Source of the DNA: Zancudomyces culisetae HAW-14-8
Taxonomy: Eukaryota; Fungi; Kickxellomycota
Reading direction: 5' to 3'
Length of the DNA stretch: 64,000 nt
Assembly: GCA_052426225.1 (NCBI GenBank)
Contig: JBNJNM010000008.1
Location: 496,001 to 560,000 of the forward strand
The notes under the pieces are model-generated. The model worked only from the letters and a program-made list of their open reading frames with translations. It was not told where the DNA came from and searched no databases. Shown piece by piece: positions 12,868-24,546 of the stretch (position 1 is its first letter; each line of letters starts with the position of its first letter). The translations under genes were made by a program, and so were the position numbers.

Positions 12868-13651
12868 TCAATAGTTTGCCAATACTGTTTCAGACTTTAC
12901 AAATAAACCATGATACAAAGCATCTGTCTCTGGCTTGGAATCCTGGGTGTATGTTGTTTTGTCGCTCTTCTCCTTTCTTTCTTTTTTTTCCTTTCTTTCC
13001 TTCTTTTCCTTTTCCTTCTTTTCCTTTTTAAGGCTCTTTTCTAGTTTTTTCGAGCTCTTTTTCTTTGAACATTTTTCCTCGCCTCCTGAATTGCTCGCAC
13101 TACCGACTTTAGTATTAGGGTCCTATTGTTTGTATAATCAAGTACAAAATGGAGGTATTAGGACCAGATATCCCATATGACGTGCCAGTATTAGCTAATA
13201 TTCCCAAAATAGGTTTGTGTAAAATCAATAAAGGAAAAATACTTACTTTTACAATTTGGACATTTTGGCTCGCAGTGTTATACACATTTTCCCACCATTG
13301 TGATTGCCACTCGTGTTTTTCAGCTCCCAACTATTTTAATGTTAAGTTTGTTGTTTTTTGTTTATTATGTGTTTTAGCTTATTTATCTAGTATTCATGTT
13401 AATATTTGTGTTTTCTTACCCCTGCCTCTTTCTTTTTCTTTTTACTCACTGATATTGGTTTTTTAATCCCTCCATTTGTAATTCCTAGGCCCTGTCCTCT
13501 ATTTTAAGGTAAAAAATCGATATATTGAAAAGTGGTGCTATATTCGCAAATTAGAGTTGAAATGGCTACAAAATTCCATTAATACTCAAGCATTGTGGTT
13601 TACTTACTCTTTCCAACCCAATTTTTTCAAATGCTTTTCCCCAAACGACAT
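12868..13651 (-). CDS. Small nucleolar G-patch protein (GPATCH4/Tma23-like); exons 13651-13608, 13498-13420, 13330-13247, 13122-12868
   Basis: Spliced translation MSFGEKHLKKLGWKEGQGLGITNGGIKKPISV...AGLGAEKHEWQSQWWENVYN, then KKE repeats and LYHGLFVKS; all introns GT-AG and in phase. Confidence 0.88.
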
Positions 13652-14645
13652 TATTTATATTATGCAGACAAAATTAGCATTTGAAAACCCTTAAAACAAC
13701 GCCTGCAGGGATGTATTTTTTATGAATAGTGTCAGTAACTAGTATTTTTATATGCAATGTGTACTTATTCCAAAAAAAATCTAGCGTTTCTTGTTTTACT
13801 AAAAAAAAAAAATTTTCAATCGATTTGTAATTACCGAACTAAGTAACTCTGTAAAATTGTTGGTATTAGGGCTTTGTTTAAATATATCTTTTTGTTTTTC
13901 TTGTTAACCAGATGGCTCGGGCACTAAATATCATAGTATTCTTGTAGTCAGCTTACTATTTAAGTATATAATAGAGAGGCAAATCGACACTGGTACTAAA
14001 CAGACAACTCTTTCAAATACTTTGTACACAGCCTGCTATACTCCCATACTCCTATACTCCTTTGAGTGTGGTGGACTGATGATAGCTACTCTAGAAACAT
14101 GACCCAAAACTTCACCCCTTTGAACCAGTTTATTTCACACAGTCCACAAGGTATACATCGTCTGTGGATGCACCTCCCTATTTCTCGCCCTATTTCCCCT
14201 ACCATTATCCTTGATTTAGGACATTGACTATCGTTTTACTTTTTAAACTTTTCGGATTTGCTGTATAACATTGTACATAGCTATTCGCACCTAAACATAT
14301 TACTGGTGAGTACGCAAGATGAGTGATCCAATAAGTGCACACAGTTTTATTTTTATTTTCTGTACTAGATTCGGGTTTAATATAGTGGAAGATAAGGGAA
14401 ATTTGGCCTGAATAATAGTCAATTCAAAAATTAAGCTAATATTGGAAAAGTGGCGAATAGGCGTCTGGTATTATTCATTTATGGTACGATAAAAAAATTA
14501 GTTAAAAATGAAGATAAAATTTTTTAGATAAACAGGAAATTCTACTGCCAAAAACTAAAAAGGTTCTATAATTTTGCTTTCACAAACATTTCTTTACGAA
14601 ATTCAAAGACAGACGAAAAGGAATTTTAATCAAAAAAACGAAAAA

Positions 14646-15060
14646 ATGAGAGGAACAGGAAGACTATTCAAGGGAATGACCCTAGTTGAGAAACAAGTTT
14701 TCTACCAAGTAAGTAATCATTTTGGCACACGTATACGAGCAGAAAATTAAACTTGGGTAATTAAATCCAAATAGCAACCATCAAAATACCCAATCTACAA
14801 GCGCACACCAGCAGCTAGAGCCTTGACATACACAAGCTACACACTCACCGGTCTTGGTTTTGCTACTTCAATGTACGGATTGTTTGATCTTATCATCTTT
14901 GTAAGTTTTCTCTTATTTTCCCCATTTTTCATGATTTGTTGACAACTCCTGGGCACGTAATCCAAGCATACACTACATATTTGCTCCTTCTTTCCAGCTC
15001 TTTATGACTAAACACTTACTTTTTTGTAAAATGAAAAAACTATAGGGAAAGAAGAACTAA
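14646..15060 (+). CDS. COX7: Cytochrome c oxidase subunit VII (Cox7/COX7A), 67 aa; exons 14646-14708, 14775-14900, 15046-15060; absent from the ORF track
   Basis: MRGTGRLFKGMTLVEKQVFYQQPSKYPIYKRTPAARALTYTSYTLTGLGFATSMYGLFDLIIFGKKN; EKQxxYQ...PIY motif plus one TM helix; two GTAAGT..ATAG phase-0 introns. Confidence 0.85.
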
Positions 15061-15283
15061 GTAAATGATCCTTCGAACACACCGATTTTGTTTTTGATCT
15101 GTGAATGCATGCATACTACGGAGGACTACTGGCAGACGTACACTTCTTAAATACTTTTGTTTTTACTTGGCATTTGATGTTGTTTGTTTTCGTTTCTCTG
15201 GTTTTGTCGACGTTATGTTTCATTTATGGATAAATACAGATTACTAATAAACTGATCGAAAGCAATTTTGTGAAATTTAACTA

Positions 15284-17046
15284 TTAAAGTGAACGTAAAA
15301 GTGCAGGTGGAACATCGCTCGGGCTGACGATGTAGCATCCAGAATCGGACTGCGAGCATAGAAGTGGTGTCACGCATTCGGATCCTTGCTGGGAGCTATC
15401 AAGCCACACGTCAGATTCGAGTATCTTTGCGCATGTTTCAGATATGCAGATGCAGTAGATTGCATCGTACCCTCCGGCTATTGCGTATATATTTTATAAA
15501 ATTTTTTTAATCGTGCTTAGAAACTCAATGTCCTGAAAGCCACTCAGGTAAATATATAAAAATGTTCACTAACCTCCAGGAACCCCCGCCATACAAACAC
15601 CAGGTGAATCCAAACACCTATCCAACAGCTGGGTTTGTGACTGCGGCTCAATTGGAACTCCACATCGTTCGCCCATTTCTCGCATCAGCCTGCGGATTGC
15701 GAGCGAAGTGGCATACAATTTGCCAAGTGCCACTACTGTGTTCATCTCCACGCTATCATCGGTGGCGGATCCATTCGCGCAGATATCCTTATTCCAACAT
15801 CTTGCCGCCAGCAAACTACACTTGCTCAATGCCGAATAGTACCCATCCCTGTCCTGTAGACATAACTTGTTCAGTTCATGCCATACCTCGACCACCGACT
15901 GGTTATACTCGTCGATACTGTTCCACAACTGCTGTGCCTCTTTCTCATGATCTTTTCTCCACTTTAGCACTTTGCTTACCATGGATGGAGTATTACTCCC
16001 TGCTTGAATGTCCGCTAGACGCAGTATTGTGCCTGGTGGTAGGTTAATCTTTTGAACCACTGAATTAAACTTTTTGTTTTTGGGATCAACCACCTCCAAC
16101 AACTTTTCTGCTTGCTCAGCAGATAACTCCATAGCTTGTTCAATCACCGAAGGTGAAAATCTCCTATATATGTGTGTTCCATAAACTGCAGCTGATACGT
16201 CAAAACCAGATCCTATTTTTCCTTGTGCTGAGCAATGAGACAGCTGCGAGATGTTGTGCACTAACTGTTTATCTTCCTCGCTGAGCTCTCTGTTTTTAAC
16301 ACCAATTACACCAAAATAAGCTAAAACTGCCCCAACCAAGCTTGTTACCATCGCAGCACTGCTTCCCAGTCCTGTTTTATTTACTTTTTCTAAAGTTGTA
16401 TTCGTATGTCCCATTTTTGGCAATTTTTTCAAACTCTCTGTCGTAATTTCAAGACCTAGCTCTTCTAGCTTCGAGCGTTGGGTATAAAAATCATTATCTG
16501 TGCCTATATTTACTCTTAAATTTTGATTTTCGTCTATCAATTTTTGAATTGCCTGTTGGTTTTTTATCAGTGCTATTCGTAAGGTGTTTTTGAGAGTTGC
16601 TTCGACAAATTTGTTTTTATTTTCATCTTCCCCATCAAATTCAAAATCCAAAGCTAGATTTTGAGTACTATTGTTTGGTTTGATGACCCTAGAGGTATAC
16701 ACCCATTCTGCTTCATTGAATTGCACCGAGTTTACGCTAATTTTAAAACTATTATCATCACCTTTGATTGAATTGATATCCGCCTTCATCGAACTAACTG
16801 CTGAATACACGTATGAATCGACCGCTTGGACTACTCCGCAATAATTTTCATCAAGAACTAGGTATCCTCCTGCCACTAGCACCTTTCCCGGCGCCGCAAA
16901 GACAGCTCTATTTTAGAAGTCGGATCACTTTTGTTGTTTTTTTTATATATCTAAACATGAGATTCTATTTAAAAAGTAAAGTATCTGCATAAAGGTGTCT
17001 CTCTTTACTCGACTTACATTTTTCTGCTTTCACTATTTGATCCCAT
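15284..17046 (-). CDS. ERG8: Phosphomevalonate kinase (GHMP type); exons 17046-17018, 16907-15574, 15477-15284
   Basis: APGKVLVAGGYLVLD, KTGLGSSAA, HCSAQGKIGSGFDVSAAVYG, VPIEP and GVPGAGGYDAI motifs. Confidence 0.97.
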
Positions 17047-17456
17047 CGTTTATTATGTTTACAACACTCAACTTGCTAATTCCAAGCTTTGTTTTCTTTC
17101 CTCTTCTTGTAAGGCCATTCTCACCAGATTTTATCTAATTTTAATTCTTTCGATCCCTGGCGAATCGAAAATTCTCAAATTTTGCTCAATGCCTTGATTT
17201 TTATTGTCATTCGCTTATATCAATAAAAACTCAATTATGAAAACAATTATAAAAAAAATAAACCACAATTTTTTTATTGGAAATCCCAAACACATCCCAC
17301 TTATAAACCATTCATAGAGGAACGTCGGTATACACTTAATTTCTAAAACATACTGCTAAACAACCGGTTGCACATTTTTAAACGTAATACACAAGATTTA
17401 GAGACTACCATAGTGCATAACCAGGCTAAACTGCTGCAATTTAGGTTTGGTTGCGC

Positions 17457-18905
17457 TTAGGAATGGCACTGAACCTTGAATTGCCCAACAACTTTTTGAT
17501 GTGTAGTGAAAATCAAGGATTTTGCCTGTACATCTGTTTGAACAGCTAGATCCAAATATCCCTGCTCACTACTATTATTGCGATATACTAGTGGATTTAC
17601 GTATCCGCACTTGTTAAACATTTCAACTATTGTAGAATCAGCTATATCAGAAGTTTTGTAGGACAGCCATGTATTTATTTTAACTGTGCTGCTTTCTTGC
17701 CCATTCAAGACTACGTTATTCTCTGTGTGAGTTCCTAGTGCTGTACCTGTGCTTTGAAGTGATATGTTTGTTGTTATTTTTTTAAGAGTCTGTGGATAAA
17801 AATTGTAACTGACCCCAATAACACTAAACATCACGCTCACTGAAACTGCATAATTTGAGTTTTCGTAATCAAAAAGTATGTTTGGAATGTCGGTAGTTTC
17901 TAGTCCCTGGAGTAATATTAAGGGGTTTCTCGGCCATAAAATGTACCCCGCGACTACCACCATCACCACAAGGACGAACACCACCCATACGATAACCTTC
18001 CGTGAAACCCTAAAACGCGATTTTGCAGCCTTTTCATCATATCCATCATCACTACTGTGGTGTTCGTTCTTGTTGAAGTTTGAAAAATTGCTCAAGTTCA
18101 AATCGTCACTTTCCAGCTCCTCGATATGCCTTATATCTCTTTTTTTGTTGAAAACCCTTAGAAAAAAGCTGTTGCTATCATTTCTGCCCTTTAGTCTTTG
18201 TAAGCTATCGAATGATGCTCTGTACGAAAAGCTTGTAAGCTTGTTGCCCCTTTTTCTGCTATATACATCATCGCTCTGTAGTTTGATTGATTTATCACTA
18301 CCTACATCAGTCATAAACTTTTTCTGAATCTCCTCCATTTCCTTTTCGGAAATGAGCTTTTGCTTCTTGTTTTGCGCAAACAGCTTACCAATCGAGCCTA
18401 TTCCACTAGCCTTTACAGGATGGGTACCATAAGTAAACCCTGCTGTGTTTTGCCCTATGCTGTTTCTTTTATCATTATCAACTATGCCTTCCTGTGTCCT
18501 AATTCTTTCACTTCTATGCATCTTCTCCTTCAAAAAGATATTGAATATTTTTTCACTACTTTTCGCTGTATCGATTGCTTCCTTATTGAATTGGTCGTAT
18601 GACTTTGAGGTATATATATCGCTCTTGTTGTCTATCAATATACATTTTAGTTTTTTAGCATTAGCGGTATAAGCATATGATGTTTGAACTTGCTACTTGT
18701 ATTGAATAAATACCGTTTTGGTATACTTACCCCGATTTTGAAGCATATTTAAGCTTTGTGCACTACAGTTTTTGCTACGCAGATATATATTCTCCATAAT
18801 ATCAACCTTGGTTCCTCCCGTCAATCTTTTACTTTTGCCTGTTTGCTGTACCTCGGGATTATACACAGGAGGATCAGTATCGTGTTTTAACCCTGCTTCA
18901 TTCAT
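17457..18905 (-). CDS. Type II single-pass membrane protein with C-terminal LEA_2/TMEM106-like beta domain; exons 18905-18731 and 18631-17457
   Basis: Disordered N-terminus, TM helix ending ILWPRNP, then SYNFYPQ and beta-strand pattern; GTAAGT..ATAG phase-1 intron joins two track ORFs. Confidence 0.7.
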
Positions 18906-19990
18906 TGTTTCTTTATTGCGAATGTATAGCTATCATGCCTAATAAGTATTTTTCATACATGCAAATAGTGCTATACTTTAAAGTGTTTGAACTTTAGGAA
19001 ACAAATTTGTAGTTTTAAGAACATAGAATTGGTGCTATAGAAAACCAAGTAGTCTTTTGGCGAATTATGTATGCTTGACTTCATCAGCGCCTAGTAGCGT
19101 TTTATACGTGAGCTGCAAACGTGCTAATGTTTTTTTTTCCTCACATCATATTATCATACACCTCTTCAACATTTTGCGAATAAAAACTGAATGACAGTTT
19201 GTTTCTTCAATGTTGGCGAGTGTTTGGTTTTGTCAAGATGCCTTCCGCGCATTTTTAATACATTATGGAAATATTGAACTGCGCTGACTTGTAGAATAAC
19301 ATTTATCTACAGGCATCTTTTTGGAAAGTTATGACCTAATTTTCTCAGCACTATTCAGATGCGGGAGGGCTAATATTAATATATTTTCGTAAAGTTCAGA
19401 CCCAGTAAAAGCCTGTAGAACTAACTTATACACCGAATACAATAAAGGGAAATGATCAAACTAAACAGTTTGCCTTTTCTTTAGATAAGGAAAATATGAA
19501 ATAAATACATCGCCATTTGCTCTCCCTTGCTTTCCTCTTCCCCACAATAATAAAGCTCTAATAAATTTCATGGGTGTACAACCCATACCCTTTGGAAAAT
19601 TGTTTAATATATTAGTATGAAACCATTCCTGGTCGCAAGGACCAATATAACCGGCTAAAAATAGCGCAAACCAATAGAATATCCGCCAATATCTTTCTCT
19701 TTTCTTTTATTAGCCAGCATAAATCTTCATTAAAAGATACAACATGGATAGGTCTATTGTGAGCAAAATAGTAAGCTTAAAAACAACAAGCTCCGAATAA
19801 AATCTGCTCTATTCTGTATTTTTTTTTGGTTTTTTTGATTTCGTTTTTGTTGTACTATTGTTTATTATTTACAGAAAAAAATGAAAAGTACGAAAAAAAA
19901 GGAGGTCCAAATAAAACACAAGGTATTCCCTATATATCTATTGTTTATAAAGGTCAGGGCCCAGTATATCTACTTGTTCATAACTAGTTA

Positions 19991-21646
19991 TTATATATTG
20001 TTTAAATGGTTTGCCCTCTTTAGCTCTACAGCTTTTTCGTATGGTGGGCTGATGGGGAGTTGATTTGGCAAAGTTTTGATATACGGTTTGTCCTCTTTGT
20101 CCTGTAGCCATTATATAGTTATACACACACTCACATTAAAACCTTTTTTTTTTAAAAAAAAGAAACCGTATTTTTAAAAGCGACTGCACATATAGGGGCA
20201 CATTATGAATGATAAAACATATTTTTAAAATATATAACTCACATTTAATGGATAAATCGTTTCTGGATCAAAACCAGACAAATCGCCACATGCAACAAAC
20301 GGTATAAGAGCTTTGTTATCTCCATGCATTGTACTTGGGTCAAAGCTAATAGGAATACCCATCATAGGATTGGACAAGTTTGGTGTATAGCCTTGTGGTG
20401 GTGTGTAGTCCTGGCACACAATGAATGATTCTAATGGTTTGAGTTGTATCAATTTATTAGAGGAGATGACAAAACTGGATTTTTACAATTATCTGAGACA
20501 CTCCTTGGCCGGAAGCTGGCACTTTTTCAATACAAGTAGTTTTATGTGTAATATAAATAATATAGAAAATATACCTATGCTCGAGTTTCTGGAGCTTCTC
20601 GGTTTTACAATATGCACAAGCTTAAAAAAGAGTTGTAGCTGGTTGTATATATACTGAACATCTTTTCCCCTAAATATCTTTGCTATAAACGTTCCTCCTT
20701 TCTCCAAGATATTCGTAGTGATATTCAATGCCTATAGGTTAGTTTGATTAGTCCCTTTAGTTGCCAACGTTTAAACTGTGAGTGTTAAATACTATCATCC
20801 AAAAGGATCAACTAGAAATGTAGAAGAAAAATAGTTACCGCCAGAATTAGTTGGGCTTGGATATATTCATCCAAATCGTGCAGCCCAGTGACTATTTTAC
20901 ATACATAAATAAACAGTATTCGGTGAAATACAAATCAATTTATATCCTATTTGCATAGTAGAAATTTATATTGAGTAGGAAATCGAACGTTACCATCAGG
21001 TGCTCCGTCGCTAACAACCAGCTCGGCCCGTTCGCCATTGAAATGACCTAATATTTGTTCCACTGTGCTTTGTTTTGTAATATCACCTTGGATTTGGATA
21101 ACTCCATTTATCGGAGCCTAATATATAGGTTTGATTATCTTGATAAATTGCTCAAACTATTGAAACTAAATCAACAACCGCCTGGTAGAGGGCTTACTTA
21201 CCATTTTCTGCAGATCAACGGCTACTATTTTCGGTTCTCTATCTTCAGTACCTCTAAAAGTGTTGAACGTGTTTTATTGAGCTGTTTTTCTTTTTTATCT
21301 TTGTTACAACGTTCTAAAGTAATTTTAATTCCAAATATGGAAATTTATACTCGACACCTACTTTATATTAAGGCTCAATACTTGTGACCAACTCCCCGGC
21401 GCAGCGCATAGATCGACGACATTGGTAACACCTATTCATTTTATTGAGAGATATTTTTACTTCTTTGTGCTTATCGATGGTACTTTCTGTTTCCATATTT
21501 TATAAATCGGTCAAATAGTACATACCGTTGAAAATGTTGAATTCTTCGTTAATCTGCAATAATTTGAACGCACTTCGAGCCCGCCAACCTTCCTCCTTGG
21601 CTTTCCTGTAAAATATATCTCGCTTATCTTTTGAAAATTTACCCAT
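19991..21646 (-). CDS. TRM7: tRNA (C32/G34) 2'-O-methyltransferase Trm7/FTSJ1; exons 21646-21526, 21431-21362, 21253-21202, 21117-20994, 20891-20839, 20731-20575, 20430-20243, 20101-19991
   Basis: [80 protein letters not shown] and PISPPY motifs. Confidence 0.97.
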
Positions 21647-21747
21647 CCTCTTTCCTGAAAATCACCTTTTGGTTAATGATGCCTTAAAGTCACAGAGCAG
21701 CTAATATCCACTCTTTTCTGCGCCAATATCACGAGAAAAATAAGTGT

Positions 21748-21760
21748 TGAAAAAATTTTC
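21748..21760. promoter_or_regulatory. RRPE-like element (TGAAAAAATTTTC) about 100 nt upstream of TRM7
   Basis: Resembles yeast RRPE TGAAAA(A)TTTT; the AT-rich background lowers specificity. Confidence 0.4.
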
Positions 21761-21780
21761 GATTTCGCAAAACCACTGAA

Positions 21781-21792
21781 AGTGGGCGAATA
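21781..21792. promoter_or_regulatory. Instance of the recurring (TG)GCGAAT upstream motif (AGTGGGCGAAT, shared with the UTP14 promoter)
   Basis: Same 11-mer on the opposite strand at 57244-57254; core found upstream of 9 genes. Confidence 0.5.
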
Positions 21793-21976
21793 ATATCTGG
21801 GGAATAGCAAACTCGCACAGGAATTTATTGAAGTGTTAGAAACATACGCTAAAAATACTCATTTCAAACAGCCTCAAGAATCAAAGAATAGAAATATAGA
21901 AAAGCAAAACTACTAGTGAAAGCTGAGAGACAGACCCAGCACCAAATCACAACAAAAGATAAAAATACTAGGGTAT

Positions 21977-23449
21977 TCAAGGGAATCTTGAAATAACAGA
22001 CTTAACAATCAAATACTCATTGATTGCCTCGTGTCCAAGCTCACGTCCGATTCCAGAGTTCTTGAAACCGCCAAATGGCATGTGTGGCAACAAAGTGTTG
22101 TAGGTGTTGACCCACACTGTACCGGCTCTAATCTCGGTGGAGTACTTGTGGATGACACGAGCATTGTTTGTAAATATTCCTGAAGCAAGACCAAATGTGT
22201 TATCCTTCTCAGCGTCAATAACCTCTTGGATATCACTGAATGGTGGCATGATGGTTATTACTGGACCAAAGATCTCTTGGCAAGCAACCTCAGACTTGTG
22301 AACCTTTTCTCTAAGAACTGTTGGTTTGTAGTAGAACCCTTTATCACCCCAGCGCTCACCACCCACAAGCACTTCGGCTTCACCAGACTCAACGGCACGG
22401 TTAACAAATCCAGAAACTCTGTCCAATTGAGCCTTATCAATAAGTGGACCTAGACTAGATGTGGCTACGTCAGTTGTCATTTTGCTTGTGAAACCCTGTG
22501 CAACGGCGACAATTCTTTGAGTGAAGGCCTCGTGTACTTTTTCGTGGATGTAGAGCTTGGTTCCAGCACAGCAAGTTTGTCCAGAGTTAAAAAATCCAGC
22601 GAGCGCCGTCCGTAGGGATGCGTCTGGAATGTCTGCATCATCCATAATAACATTGGGGCTCTTTCCACCAAGCTCAAGAGTTATGTGCTTGAAGTTCTGG
22701 CTGGCAGCACCGGATTTGTATACTGCTTTTCCTCCTGGAACAGATCCAGTGAATGAGATTTTCTCAACGAGGGGACTATCGACGAGCGCAACACCAGTTT
22801 CAAGTGCGCCTGGAACCACATTAAATACACCTTCTGGCAGTATTCCATTCTCGTAGATCAAATGGGCTAGGAACAGCGAGGAGAGTGGAGTTTGTGGTGC
22901 GGGCTTCAATACAACTGTGTTACCAGTAGCAAGGGCTGGTGCCAACTTCCATGTTGTCAGCATCAATGGGAAGTTAAAGCTGGAAATAAATCCTACAACA
23001 CCGAGCGGCTCGCTCACGGTATATGATGTAAATTCGGTATCGTGGCCAACGTTTGTGTGTCTGCCGTGCAACTTGTCACAGAATCCTGCATAGTACCTGA
23101 AGCACTCAACAACATGATCTACCTCACCTCTGGAGTACAAAAGTGGCTTTCCTGTCTGAGATGATTCGACTTGGGCCATGGCCTCTTTGTTGGCCTCAAG
23201 AACTTGAGCAATCTTCAGAAGGGCGTCTCTGCGCTGCTTTCCTGTAAATTTGCGCCATGGTCCGTTTGCAAAGGCTTCGTGTGCGGCCTTTACGGCGTTC
23301 TCAACATCCTGTGCTGATGCGTCATTAACACTAACGACAGCCTCTTCATTAACTGGGCTGTAAATGCTTCTTTGCTGACCACCACCAGTCACCCACTGAC
23401 CGTTGATGCACAACTTTGTTGCGTTTCCGAGTGTACTTACGATATCCAT
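21977..23449 (-). CDS. NAD(P)-dependent aldehyde dehydrogenase (ALDH1/2-like), intronless
   Basis: FNFPL, FTGS, LELGGKSP, catalytic FNSGQTCCAG, EIFGPV, PFGGFKNSGIGRE. Confidence 0.96.
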   Translation of the reverse strand: MDIVSTLGNATKLCINGQWVTGGGQQRSIYSPVNEEAVVSVNDASAQDVENAVKAAHEAFANGPWRKFTGKQRRDALLKIAQVLEANKEAMAQVESSQTGKPLLYSRGEVDHVVECFRYYAGFCDKLHGRHTNVGHDTEFTSYTVSEPLGVVGFISSFNFPLMLTTWKLAPALATGNTVVLKPAPQTPLSSLFLAHLIYENGILPEGVFNVVPGALETGVALVDSPLVEKISFTGSVPGGKAVYKSGAASQNFKHITLELGGKSPNVIMDDADIPDASLRTALAGFFNSGQTCCAGTKLYIHEKVHEAFTQRIVAVAQGFTSKMTTDVATSSLGPLIDKAQLDRVSGFVNRAVESGEAEVLVGGERWGDKGFYYKPTVLREKVHKSEVACQEIFGPVITIMPPFSDIQEVIDAEKDNTFGLASGIFTNNARVIHKYSTEIRAGTVWVNTYNTLLPHMPFGGFKNSGIGRELGHEAINEYLIVKSVISRFP

Positions 23450-24546
23450 CTTTTGAGTATGTTTTCTTTTTTTCTAATTAAATTTCTCAGTCAATGTAAT
23501 AATGTATTTTTTAGTTTCACCACTGCTGTTAAGTCCTGAAGCTAATGAGACCTTTGACAACTTTATAGGGGTTCTGGCATGGTATTTATATACTGGTTTG
23601 TTCTTTCAGCTAGATTGTTGTTTGAAAGTTCACGTGGCAGAGCATTTCTCCTTACATCCAACAAAGTTGAATTTGTTTTAGTCCTGCATCACCAATACAT
23701 TAAACACAAAGCAAAGATCCTCAGCTAAGTTCCGAAAATCATCCAAAAATTTTCAGCTAGCTAAGTGGTGCAAATTAGTGTTTCATCTTTAAGATGGAAG
23801 GTGCATGCTGCGAATTGAAAAACCTACGTAATTTTCGATAGCTCCTTACTATTCCACTAAGACATCCCGATAATATTTTAAAAGAAAAGAGGCCAATAAT
23901 GCTTTTATTCTCAGCTCAAAAAGCTCTGCTTTCTTTTTTTAACTGATTAAATATTCCTTCGTTTCATGTTTACTGGCTTGAGTATTGGAATTTGGAAGTT
24001 GGAAGTTCCCCGTTTGTCTTTATCTGCCATTTATTTAATCTATTACCAGTATTAATGTAACAAAGCAGACATTTAATTCTAAGTCCTGTTTGATGTCACA
24101 CACAGCCAATTCTTTTCTTGTTATGGGAAGCCAAAATGGACGCAAAAAAAAGCCAAATGAATCCAAAAAATGTAAAATAAAAGACTGAGCTTTCCGCTGA
24201 TTAGCCTGAAACAAAACTACAAGAAAACGTTTCGCTGTAGCACAGGAGAATGAAAAGGCTATTCTCAACCAAGGTCTACTGGCTATCGCCACCAAAAAGT
24301 CTGCGGGAGTTGAACGTGTAAAAGAATAGCAATTGGTGGCTACAAACTGCGCATTAGGCTGTATACCTCAATTTGACTAGTCACACGCACAAAAGCACCA
24401 AACTGGTTAAGCATTTATTCGATCTCATTCTATACTGGCCTGTTTTTTCTTTAAAAGATCAAAAAAGATCTTTAACGGTAAAAGCTAAAAACCATTATGC
24501 TATATACAAAACAAAAAAAGCACCATTGATGGGGTAAGGCTTAGTG

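Noticed and set aside
18721-18735. ATACTTACC resembling the U1 snRNA 5' end
   Set aside because: It is the reverse complement of the minus-strand 5' splice site of the LEA-like gene
19938-20126. Track ORF of 62 aa as a separate gene
   Set aside because: Wrong-frame reading of the last TRM7 exon (true frame [21 protein letters not shown], stop at 19991)
21977-23449. Intronless, higher-GC ALDH as a horizontal-transfer candidate
   Set aside because: SHMT and other native genes here are also intronless with similar codon bias; nothing points to a foreign origin without a phylogeny
24093-24329. 79-codon plus-strand frame interrupted only by three TGA codons (possible multi-Sec ORF)
   Set aside because: No redox motif, homology or SECIS; frames this long without TAA/TAG are expected by chance
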